From positions 9,403 through 73,402 of the forward strand of contig PARE01000027.1 of assembly GCA_002709525.1 (NCBI GenBank): DNA of 64,000 nt, given 5' to 3'. Source of the stretch: Magnetovibrio sp. Lineage in GTDB: Bacteria > Pseudomonadota > Alphaproteobacteria > Rhodospirillales > Casp-alpha2. A program made the position numbers and the translations under genes. The notes under the pieces are model-generated. The model ran no database searches. It was given only the letters and a program-made list of their open reading frames with translations, and was not told the DNA's origin. Each line of letters starts with the position of its first letter. The stretch's first letter is position 1. Positions 46,404 through 55,108 of this stretch are shown here, in pieces.

Positions 46404-47765
46404 TTACCGCCCAAGAAAGTCTTCAAGCAAATTCTCAGCGAGCCAGAATTCAAACTCTGAATTTATCTTTACACTCTCTTCCGGCAGCATGGTGAGATGG
46501 CCAACTGTCTCACCGATCAAGCTGCCGCCGCGCACAACGTTCGTTCGGGCGAGGTGGACGGCACTATTGTCCTTATAGATTGCTTCTTTCTCTAAACGAA
46601 CACCGGTTGCGAAATCGATTGGTCGCAGTCCATTTCGGTCGTGCTGATAACACGGCGATAGTTCCTCAGAGACAGAAATTACGGAATCGACATCAAAAAT
46701 CTGCATGACGTTGACCGCCCGGTCGATATGTTGGGCACGTCGCAGCGGTGAATTGATGTTAAGAACGCAAATAGCATCAGGAATATAGTTTTGTTCGTGC
46801 TCCATAGTGTCCAGGACATGCCCAATTGAGTCGCAAATATTCACAATTTCAATTTCAGGCGGCCGCTCAATGACCTCGATGTTTTCGTGCTTTTCTGCCT
46901 GCGCAATGGCATCAGGGTGACTAGTCGACATGACAATCCTATCTAGCAGGTCTGATCGGAGCGCTTCGTTCAGCGTGTAAGAGATCAGTGCCTGTCCTGC
47001 CAAGACAGCGTTGGGTTCATTCTTTGGATAGGGAGAGTTTCGCGCAACCGGAATGATCCCCAAAACCTGTGGCGTATGGCCAGTAAGCTCGCGTTCCGAA
47101 AAATTCTTTTGTATCTCGTAACGCGTCTCCAGCAATCGCTTGGCGTTGGTGGTGATACTGCCGTGGTGCTGACGATAATAAAAGAGCGGCACATTGACGT
47201 TGTACGGCCGAAAATTTTGAATAAAGCGGATCCACAAATCATAACCGTCCTGACAATTATACTCCTCGCTATAGCCATCCAATTGTATCAGGACTTCACG
47301 TCGGAACATCGTGCAGGCACCATGAGCCGGTAAGTCAAGAAGCTCAACTTCATCCCCGATCTTCTTGCGCCGGATCAATTCGAGAATATTCGCGTTGTCG
47401 TCGATGAGAAAGTAATCAGGATATACTAAGCCAACATCGTTCCGGGTATCGAGAATATTGGAGAGGACAAGCAAAGCGTTCTCATCAAGATAGTCATCGG
47501 CGTCGAGACGCATAACATATTTTCCGCCGGCTAAGCGTAACGCAATGTTGTTGGATGCATTTAGCCCCTTGTTTTCTTGGCGTACGATTTTAATTTTAGA
47601 GTGAGAGGCATACTTCTCAAGAACATCACCTGTGTGGTCGGTAGAGCCATCATCGATCACGATCAGTTCCCAGTCATTCATGGTCTGACTGATGACGCTT
47701 TCAATCGCACGATCAAGATAGTTGCCGTAGTTATAGCACGGTGAATACACAGTCACTTTTGTCAT
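46404..47765 (-). CDS. fusion protein: N-terminal GT2 glycosyltransferase + C-terminal CMP-ulosonic-acid (NeuA-like) cytidylyltransferase domain
   Basis: N-terminus: VTVYSPCYNYGNYLDRAIESV, ELIVIDDGSTDHT and RLDADDYL. From about residue 235: LGIIPVARNSPYPKNEP..AGQALISYTLNEA, which resembles IIPARxxSKxxPxKN of CTP_transf_3 but is divergent. Confidence 0.6.
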   Translation of the reverse strand: MTKVTVYSPCYNYGNYLDRAIESVISQTMNDWELIVIDDGSTDHTGDVLEKYASHSKIKIVRQENKGLNASNNIALRLAGGKYVMRLDADDYLDENALLVLSNILDTRNDVGLVYPDYFLIDDNANILELIRRKKIGDEVELLDLPAHGACTMFRREVLIQLDGYSEEYNCQDGYDLWIRFIQNFRPYNVNVPLFYYRQHHGSITTNAKRLLETRYEIQKNFSERELTGHTPQVLGIIPVARNSPYPKNEPNAVLAGQALISYTLNEALRSDLLDRIVMSTSHPDAIAQAEKHENIEVIERPPEIEIVNICDSIGHVLDTMEHEQNYIPDAICVLNINSPLRRAQHIDRAVNVMQIFDVDSVISVSEELSPCYQHDRNGLRPIDFATGVRLEKEAIYKDNSAVHLARTNVVRGGSLIGETVGHLTMLPEESVKINSEFEFWLAENLLEDFLGR

Positions 47766-47788
47766 GTTGATGAGCGTTTCAATTGATC

Positions 47789-48841
47789 TTAGTTCACAAA
47801 TTTCTTGATTAGTTGCGATAGCCGGTCAGTTGAGCCATTAAAAATATTCAATGATGGGTGCCTTGAAGACTCTGATTGATCCTCCTCTATTACCTGCTCG
47901 ATTTCAGTGCGCAGTTCAGGTGCTGCCATCAGAACCGGCCCATAGGGAAACGGTATATTTGAGTCAGATTGGTTTTGTGACGAGGGCCAGCCAACAATTG
48001 CAACTCGTCTGCCCGATAACGCAGCTTCAATTAAAGCCATCGAGTCAAAGCCCAGAATAAAGTCATATTTGTACAAAGCGTCTGACCAGTCTCCATTACC
48101 ATCAATCGAAACGTCGATTGGCAATTCGGGCACCCCTGCATCCTTGGGATGCGGCCGAAAGAACAACTCAGTCCTCCGGCCACCAACTGTGCTCGGGACA
48201 TTGGCGGCAATATCCTGAACAAGGTTTCGACCGCTGATTGATTGCGCGAAAACGCTACGGAATGACCCATCACGGGCTTCAGGTTGTGAAACAATGACTA
48301 TCTTGCAGGTATCACCGACCCCCAGTGGCCGCCAGACACAACGCTCAAGGTGCGGGTGACCTACTACATACAACTTCGCTTTTGAATACAAATCACTCAC
48401 CCGACCCACGCAGGTATCATCGATGCAGGCCAAATGCTCGGGCATGTATGACGGCGCATTATGTTCATCCAAGAATCGCGTATATCCCTTCCAGTGATCG
48501 AGAACGCCAAGCGAAGGCACGCCCACGTTGCGTGCCGCCTCAATTAGCCGTGCATTTGTCAAATCATGTTCGCGAGCGCTGGTGGTGCAAACAAGATGCG
48601 AGATTCTCTCGCCGCCTAAATAATTTTGAAGTGATTGTCGGTCCGCTGGCAGGGTATCAAATACCGCAGCCGCTTTTTCAAATGGAATACCGCCGTCCAA
48701 AAAGAGCTGTTCGCTGATTGGATGCACAATTAACCGCCATCGTGCTTTTTGTGACGCCATGATGAAAGCCATGACGCTTGGAAGAAGAAATCGGCTTCCG
48801 CCCAAATCTTGAAAATAAAATATGATGGAATTCCGGGGCAC
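47789..48841 (-). CDS. orphan 350-aa protein, GT-B-like (PseG-like hydrolase or transferase candidate)
   Basis: ELFFRPHPKD ... YDFILGFDSMALIEAALSGRRVAIVG resembles the C-terminal half of GT-B / HP-motif enzymes. No named family recognised. Confidence 0.4.
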   Translation of the reverse strand: MPRNSIIFYFQDLGGSRFLLPSVMAFIMASQKARWRLIVHPISEQLFLDGGIPFEKAAAVFDTLPADRQSLQNYLGGERISHLVCTTSAREHDLTNARLIEAARNVGVPSLGVLDHWKGYTRFLDEHNAPSYMPEHLACIDDTCVGRVSDLYSKAKLYVVGHPHLERCVWRPLGVGDTCKIVIVSQPEARDGSFRSVFAQSISGRNLVQDIAANVPSTVGGRRTELFFRPHPKDAGVPELPIDVSIDGNGDWSDALYKYDFILGFDSMALIEAALSGRRVAIVGWPSSQNQSDSNIPFPYGPVLMAAPELRTEIEQVIEEDQSESSRHPSLNIFNGSTDRLSQLIKKFVN

Positions 48842-48846
48842 CGATT

Positions 48847-50178
48847 TCAGGCTTCCTTTGAAAGACGTTCCTGATTATCTGCAACCTTATGCACGGCCTC
48901 CACAAATTCCTTAACTTCTCTCGCGCCGTTTGGAAACTTACATATGTCGGTAGTAACCAGTTCAAGATCGTACAGCCGCTCTGCGGTCGGACAGAGTCCG
49001 GCGGCATAGTCGGGCTCTCCCGTGTAATGGGGGCAGCGAAACGGACAACCCGTATCACCGTAGGCGATCTGGTTCTGATACATGGGATACCTGTAGATAG
49101 GTATCTCGTAGCCGGGGGAAATGGCCACGCCTTCGGCCTGCATGGCACGCACGAAAACATCCCGGTGGTATCCGGCCTCTTCTGGGAGGAACCGCATAGT
49201 AAAGAAGTAGTATGAATGGCTACAGTTCTGGCGTACGAACGGTGGTATCAAAAATTTGTAAGGTTGAAGCGCGGCCGTAAGGCTGTTTGCCAGATCTCTT
49301 CGAACCTCGAGCAACTTGTCTAGTTTTTCAATCTGGCTCATGCCGATAGCAGCTTCAATCTCGGTCATCCGGTAGTTCCAGCCCACGATGTTCTCGAGAT
49401 CGGGCAGATCATCATCAGTCCATTTTGCGAGGACCACCTCACCGTGATTCCGGATCAACTGCATCCGCTGTGCATATTTATCATTATTGGTGACGGCAAC
49501 CCCCCCCTCCCCGGTTTGGATGGCTTTGTGATAGTTCAGGCTCAAGACCCCAATGTCGCCGATCGTCCCAGCAAATTTGCCATTGATAGCGGCCCCCGGG
49601 GATTGTGCATTATCCTCAATCAGCGCCAGCTCATGCTCGCTGGAAATCTCTTTCAACGCTTCCAGCCGAGCCGGGTGACCAAACAGATTGACGACAATAA
49701 TAGCCTTGGTGCGCGGCGTGATCTTCTTCTCAACCTCGTTCGGGTCAAGGCAGAACGTCTCGTCCTCGATATCGGCAAACACGGGAACAGCATTAGCCAT
49801 GACCACGCAAGTAGCGCTGGCCGACATGGACGTCGGCGGAACGATCACTTCATCGCCTGGCCCCACGCCAACAGCTGCGACAGCACTGTGAAGGGCTGAG
49901 GTGGCGGAATTGAATGAAACGGCATGCGTCGTGCCAAAGTACGTCCGGAACCCGTCCTCCAGCCTTCGTACATTAGGGCCACCCAAAAATCGATCGCCTG
50001 GCCGGCCGGAAAATCCGGAAAGCTCCTTTCGGCGCAATGTGGCAATGACCGCCTCTTCCTCTTCCCGCCCAATCATGGTGTCATGAGTGGGGTAGGGAAT
50101 ATCCCTAACACGCGGTCCCCCATACATCGCAAGCTCCGTCATTATCGACCCTTTCTTGTCAGTTCCGAAACCGACCAC
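48847..50178 (-). CDS. DegT/DnrJ/EryC1/StrS-family PLP sugar aminotransferase
   Basis: GDEVIVPPTSMSASA, LIEDNAQSPGA and SLNYHKAIQTGEGGVAV (PLP lysine). An alternative ATG start lies at 50142. Confidence 0.85.
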   Translation of the reverse strand: MVGFGTDKKGSIMTELAMYGGPRVRDIPYPTHDTMIGREEEEAVIATLRRKELSGFSGRPGDRFLGGPNVRRLEDGFRTYFGTTHAVSFNSATSALHSAVAAVGVGPGDEVIVPPTSMSASATCVVMANAVPVFADIEDETFCLDPNEVEKKITPRTKAIIVVNLFGHPARLEALKEISSEHELALIEDNAQSPGAAINGKFAGTIGDIGVLSLNYHKAIQTGEGGVAVTNNDKYAQRMQLIRNHGEVVLAKWTDDDLPDLENIVGWNYRMTEIEAAIGMSQIEKLDKLLEVRRDLANSLTAALQPYKFLIPPFVRQNCSHSYYFFTMRFLPEEAGYHRDVFVRAMQAEGVAISPGYEIPIYRYPMYQNQIAYGDTGCPFRCPHYTGEPDYAAGLCPTAERLYDLELVTTDICKFPNGAREVKEFVEAVHKVADNQERLSKEA

Positions 50179-50239
50179 GCAACGGTCCTCGGAGATCTGT
50201 TGGAGATTTTAGTTGTTCTCATCGGGAAACCGGCGCGCA

Positions 50240-51376
50240 CTACTTAAAGCTGGCCGCAGGTCCTTTGCGCTGCGACTTCAATATTTCCTCAAACTCGTCT
50301 TCGCTAAACCCCGTGATCTCAAGATAATAGTCCAGCATATCAGGTCGCTTTGGATCATATTCCTTGATCAGCTCAAACGCCTCCTCCCGGGTCAGTAGCC
50401 CCGCACGGACATCTTGGCTGGCGTGATCCGTGGCGCGTCCAAACCCTCGCTTCAAGTACTTGGCGTAATCGTGGACACCCGGCATACGGCACTCAACACT
50501 TTTGTATCTCTTGTATGTACCTTCGACGTTGTCTTCTTCCCACCCGTACTCTTCCTTGAGAAACTCGGTTTGACGTTCACCATCCCAGAAAATGTATTCG
50601 CCAAGGAAAATTCCATGAAAGCCCATTGCATCCAATTGTTCCTGGAGAGGAACTCGAAACGGATACATATCGCGACGCTCGATGTTGTCGCATAGAAGAT
50701 CGTCGATCCGCGCCTTTGTCGAAACCCGATCGAAGTAGGAGCGGTCGAACTTGACCTCATCGCTGTAGGAATTCTTGTTCCCGGCTTCAGCCGACGACTC
50801 ACCCCAGACCATTAACGGAATGCCGTACATGACGGCCACCTGCAAAGGAAAGGCGTTCACTCCTGCGTGACAATGCCAGCACGAGTCGCCAATGGCATGG
50901 AGCGATTGTCGCGCAACCTTATTCACCAAACCACGGGCCGGTGTAAACATCAAATGGTCAACGCTCAGCTTATCAAGAATATTCCACAAGTTTCGCTTGC
51001 CGGTTGGGCTGTACCAGTTATGACTGAAGGTAACGGCAAGCGGCTTCATACCGTATTTCTTGACCAAGACGTGGAGCTGGAACGCGCTGTCTTTGCCGCC
51101 ACTGATAGGGACAATGCAATCATAGTTGTCGCCCGCCTTGGCCCTATAGTGTTCGAGCGTTTCGTGCAACAAGCGTTCACGCGCAGCCCAATCGATATGC
51201 ATCTTTTGCTCAGAACTTTGACAGGCCCGGCAAACGCCGAGTTCATCGTAGACCGTGCCCTCTGAGGTCTCCGGCATGCAGCAGCGGACGCAATATCTCA
51301 CATTTTCATGCGGGGGCTTCCCCCAATCCGATGATCTTTGCAGTGCTTCTTTCTTCGTCATGGTGAATCCATTCAT
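50240..51376 (-). CDS. N-acetyl sugar amidotransferase (WbpG/PseA/LfnA-like PP-loop enzyme)
   Basis: CVRCCMPETSEGTVYDELGVCRACQ (Zn ribbon) and YDCIVPISGGKDSAFQ (PP-loop SGGKDS). Confidence 0.8.
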   Translation of the reverse strand: MNGFTMTKKEALQRSSDWGKPPHENVRYCVRCCMPETSEGTVYDELGVCRACQSSEQKMHIDWAARERLLHETLEHYRAKAGDNYDCIVPISGGKDSAFQLHVLVKKYGMKPLAVTFSHNWYSPTGKRNLWNILDKLSVDHLMFTPARGLVNKVARQSLHAIGDSCWHCHAGVNAFPLQVAVMYGIPLMVWGESSAEAGNKNSYSDEVKFDRSYFDRVSTKARIDDLLCDNIERRDMYPFRVPLQEQLDAMGFHGIFLGEYIFWDGERQTEFLKEEYGWEEDNVEGTYKRYKSVECRMPGVHDYAKYLKRGFGRATDHASQDVRAGLLTREEAFELIKEYDPKRPDMLDYYLEITGFSEDEFEEILKSQRKGPAASFK

Positions 51377-51389
51377 CGCAGAGGTTCAT

Positions 51390-52751
51390 TCAGTCAAAGA
51401 TAGGTTCAACAACAGCGGCCGGCGCCACGGCGCCCTCATCTTCAAATTCGGCCAACAGATCTAGCAAATCCAGGTCGTGATACTTCGGTGCTATAATTTG
51501 AACGCCAAGAGGAAGTTTTTCAGGCCCAAAGCCAATTGGCAGATTAACACTCGGAACGCCACAGAAGGTCCATATAAGGCAATTGTCAGGACGATCCGGC
51601 GCATCGCGACCTTCCGGGGCTTCCCCAGCCGCAGCCAACGTGATCACAGCGTCATATTTAGAAAGCCAGGAATCCATTTCTTGGCTCAAGCGTGTTTGCG
51701 CCGCTAAACATTCGCGAAACTCATCCGCTGTTATACTCCGGCCCGCGTTTGTCATTTCGCGGAATGATCGACTAATTTTGTCGGGTTGCTCAATTTCGTG
51801 GGCAAAGTAATATGACAGAGATTTAGTGTAGATGATCTGGTGTATGTCAAAAATTTCACTAAACGCCGCCGGCAAATCATATTCGATACAGTCAATATTT
51901 GGCAATCCGCCAAGGACGTTGGCAAACGTATGCAGACTTTCTTGGGCATAGCTCTCCGCATCCGACCATTTGGGCCCCTTGACCATGGCAATCCGCTTTG
52001 CCGCATCGCGAGATTTCCGAGGCCGTTTGTCGACGCACTTGTGGATGAACGGATGATTAGCTCCGCTTACACGCGTGGCGTTGAGGGTGAGCTTTAGATC
52101 ACATACGGTTCGGGCGAAAAAGCTAACGTGATCGAGCGTATCAGCGGTCTTTAATACTCCGGTCCTGGGAACTAATCCAAAAGAGGGTTTCATGCCGTAG
52201 ACACCGAGATAACTTGCCGGTCGGATAGTTGATCCCGCGGTTTGAGTTCCCAGGCTGACTGGAACCATACCGGTCGCAACGGCGACGGCTGATGCCCCTG
52301 ATGATGTGCCCGCGGACAGGGTCTCACCGTAGGGATTTAGAGTTTCACCAGGATGATGAACGGCGAACTCGGCAGTGACGGTCTTGCCGGCTAAGCAGGC
52401 CCCCGCATACCGCATCATAAAAACAGCGCGTGCATCGTTGCCCGGAGAAAATCCTGACCAGAGCTCACTCCCCATTTCCGTGTTAAGCGTTTCAGTGTTA
52501 AAAATATCCTTTACGCCGAACAGGGCCCCTGCAAGCTGCGGGAACTCCCCCGTTTCACGGCGACGGGCCTCCAGATGATCAAACTGCTCTAACAAGAGAT
52601 CTGGTTCAAACGCCGCCCATGCCTTGAGTCTTGGCTCAATAACCTTGATCCGTTCGATACAGGACTCCGCGATTTCACGTGGGCTTGCCTTCCCAGAACG
52701 CACCGCCCGAATGGCATCCGTTGCACTGAGGTCATAGAGTTCAGGTTTCAA
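51390..52751 (-). CDS. amidase-signature (GatA-like) amidohydrolase
   Basis: FGVKDIF (catalytic Lys) and AGTSSGASAVAVATGMVPVSLGTQTAGSTIRPASYLGVYGMKPSFG, which is the AS signature with cis-Ser and the nucleophile Ser retained. Confidence 0.85.
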   Translation of the reverse strand: MKPELYDLSATDAIRAVRSGKASPREIAESCIERIKVIEPRLKAWAAFEPDLLLEQFDHLEARRRETGEFPQLAGALFGVKDIFNTETLNTEMGSELWSGFSPGNDARAVFMMRYAGACLAGKTVTAEFAVHHPGETLNPYGETLSAGTSSGASAVAVATGMVPVSLGTQTAGSTIRPASYLGVYGMKPSFGLVPRTGVLKTADTLDHVSFFARTVCDLKLTLNATRVSGANHPFIHKCVDKRPRKSRDAAKRIAMVKGPKWSDAESYAQESLHTFANVLGGLPNIDCIEYDLPAAFSEIFDIHQIIYTKSLSYYFAHEIEQPDKISRSFREMTNAGRSITADEFRECLAAQTRLSQEMDSWLSKYDAVITLAAAGEAPEGRDAPDRPDNCLIWTFCGVPSVNLPIGFGPEKLPLGVQIIAPKYHDLDLLDLLAEFEDEGAVAPAAVVEPIFD

Positions 52752-52811
52752 ATTATCTGTATTCCAACTATTAATTGTCTAGCAGAAGCCTTGCCAGTGC
52801 CTTTGGTTCAA

Positions 52812-53801
52812 TCAGCCTGCGATTTGGTCGCAGATTTCGACAACACGACAGCCATCTTCAAGCGTGCAAGCCGGCGGCTCACCGGCATCCCGTTGCGCCA
52901 CAAGCTCACGGACGGCGGTCGGCAAACAGAATTGCCACGACGTTTCTTTCGTTTGCGACCCACCAAGAATGTGAAAGCTGCCAAATTTCGGCTCCGGGAC
53001 CCCTATTTCAGTCTGAACAATTTGACCGCGCTGGCGCAACGAAACCCGGCCATTCCGAAAGAAAATCTCAACGTCGAGAAACACGTAGGAAGCATCGGGC
53101 AAATGGTGAAAGTCAACAGCTAGGCCATTAGCAAACGTCAGGGCAAAGTCGTAACCGGGGTCGTCTGTATCTGCGCGCCCATGGCGGCGGAACGTTCGGA
53201 CTGATTGAGGTTCGCCGAAGAACCACCGGAACAAATCAATGAAATGCGATCCATTGACCCAAAGGCCCTTAGTATAACGGACACAGGCTGCAATCGGATG
53301 TCCCCATCGGCCGCTATCGATGTCTTCGCGTAGGTTTCGAATGCTATTATTCCAACGTCGATAATAATTAACGGCAACTTGCCGGCCCTCGGCTTGCGCA
53401 ACCATGCGCCTCGCTTCATCCCGGTTTTGGGAAATCGGCTTCTCTACAAAGATTGTCTCAATGCCAACATCCAACGCCGCCGCCAAAACTTGGCTGTGGG
53501 TGTTCGTCGGCGTACAAATGCTGGCAATGTCGATCGACTCTGCGCCAAACATCTCTTGGTAGTCGCGATATGTTGATGGGACCCCCCACTTTTGCTTGAA
53601 GTCCTCAAGATTTTGCACGTTCACGTCGGCAACCGCCGCCAGTACCGTTTCAGGGTGCAGCAGATAGGCGCCGGCATGGGTCATCGATCCCTGCGCGTCT
53701 TCGTTCCGCGCTGGCGGCACTCGATCATATCCACCACCAATGTTTCCACAGCCGACAATCGCCGCTCGCAAAGATGTCTCCCCTAACATGATGGGCGTCA
53801 C
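52812..53801 (-). CDS. Gfo/Idh/MocA-family oxidoreductase
   Basis: RAAIVGCGNIGGGY and FVEKPIS (EKP motif). GTG at 53801 overlaps the upstream stop (GTGA). An alternative ATG lies at 53789. Confidence 0.8.
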   Translation of the reverse strand: MTPIMLGETSLRAAIVGCGNIGGGYDRVPPARNEDAQGSMTHAGAYLLHPETVLAAVADVNVQNLEDFKQKWGVPSTYRDYQEMFGAESIDIASICTPTNTHSQVLAAALDVGIETIFVEKPISQNRDEARRMVAQAEGRQVAVNYYRRWNNSIRNLREDIDSGRWGHPIAACVRYTKGLWVNGSHFIDLFRWFFGEPQSVRTFRRHGRADTDDPGYDFALTFANGLAVDFHHLPDASYVFLDVEIFFRNGRVSLRQRGQIVQTEIGVPEPKFGSFHILGGSQTKETSWQFCLPTAVRELVAQRDAGEPPACTLEDGCRVVEICDQIAG

Positions 53802-54550
53802 TCCGCCCCCAGCAGGCTCAGAAGATTGGGTTTCTGTTCAAGGTACGCCATCAATTCCGGCAGGCTGAAGTCAGGCTTATCCGGATAAAGACCGGAAATT
53901 ATTTGCTCCAGGAACTGAAAATTCTTCAGGTAATTGACCGCGAAATTAATCTCGGGCCTGTGCAGTTTCTGCCAATGGCCCGTCGCCTCTATGAACCCTG
54001 TTTTGAAGCCGTTCTCTGGGACAAATAGAAACTCAGCTTCCGGAATATCGTCGCGAATATAGTCCGGAAAATCTATATAGCGTTCTGCTGCCTCAAGCTT
54101 GAATGCCTGAACCCGCACCCCCAGGGCAAACAGAGCTAGGTCCTCACGCTTCACATTATATTCGTCGGTAATCGACACAGCGCAGTCGAAATCATTTCTC
54201 GTCTGTAGTTCGACGACCTCATCAATCATTTCTGGATCCACGAGGGGATTGTCCCCAAGGATTTCCACGACCGTATCACAATCATAGGCCCGAGCTGCAC
54301 CACATAAGCGTGCCATGATATCTTGCAAAGGCCCGCGGTAACATCCGACGTCGGCGTTGGCCGCCCACTCGGCCAAGGGGTCATCGCTTCTCTCATCACT
54401 GGTCGTTACGACAATCTCATCGATACTTCTCGCGCGCCGAATGCGTTCCACCAGGTAATCAATCATTGGTCGGCCATTAATCGGCATGATGTTTTTGGCC
54501 GGCAATCGAGAAGAACTCAATCGAGCAATGATGAACGCGCCGGTGGTCAT
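53798..54550 (-). CDS. cytidylyltransferase, SpsF/COG1861-like (CMP-nonulosonic acid synthetase candidate)
   Basis: AFIIARLSSSRLPAKNIMPINGRPMIDYLVERI, IVVTTSDERSDDPL and CYRGPLQDIMAR. Confidence 0.7.
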   Translation of the reverse strand: MTTGAFIIARLSSSRLPAKNIMPINGRPMIDYLVERIRRARSIDEIVVTTSDERSDDPLAEWAANADVGCYRGPLQDIMARLCGAARAYDCDTVVEILGDNPLVDPEMIDEVVELQTRNDFDCAVSITDEYNVKREDLALFALGVRVQAFKLEAAERYIDFPDYIRDDIPEAEFLFVPENGFKTGFIEATGHWQKLHRPEINFAVNYLKNFQFLEQIISGLYPDKPDFSLPELMAYLEQKPNLLSLLGAE

Positions 54551-55108
54551 TTAGGCCTGCCCCCTGAATGTTGCCATGTAAACCAAATCAACCTCCTTTC
54601 CCTCCCACATGTATTCGCGCCGGCGCACACCGTCGCTGATCATTCCGGAATTCTTCATGATCTTTAACATGCCGGCATTCGTCGCCATGGTGCCTGCCCA
54701 TACTTTCCTCAGACCGACCTCATCCAAAAGAAATGTCATCCCCCCGTTCCAGGCTTCCAGCCCATATCCATGCCCCCAAAGATCCTCCTCGCCAAGCATG
54801 ATAGTGAGATTAGCGGTGGAATTCGGACGGTCTACATAGGCCACCATGTTTCCGAAATGCCGATAGCTGTCATCTTGCAACTCTAACGCCCAGAAAAAGC
54901 TATCCGATCCTACGAAAGTCTTGAGAAATGCTTCGCAGCTCGCGCGATCATGACTGCGGCTCCGGTGCTTGCTAAAGCGAGTGACGCTGGGGTCATTTAG
55001 CCAACCGATATAGGTGTCCGTGATGTGGTTCGCGGTAAACGGAACTAACTGAAGTCGCGACGTTAAAATATGCCGTTGCGACAAACGTTCGATATCTGGT
55101 TCTGCCAT
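54551..55108 (-). CDS. GNAT N-acetyltransferase (RimJ/RimL / PseH-like)
   Basis: RLQLVPFTANHITDTYIGWLNDPSVTRFS and WGHGYGLEAWNG..FLLDEVGLRKVWAGT. Confidence 0.75.
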   Translation of the reverse strand: MAEPDIERLSQRHILTSRLQLVPFTANHITDTYIGWLNDPSVTRFSKHRSRSHDRASCEAFLKTFVGSDSFFWALELQDDSYRHFGNMVAYVDRPNSTANLTIMLGEEDLWGHGYGLEAWNGGMTFLLDEVGLRKVWAGTMATNAGMLKIMKNSGMISDGVRRREYMWEGKEVDLVYMATFRGQA

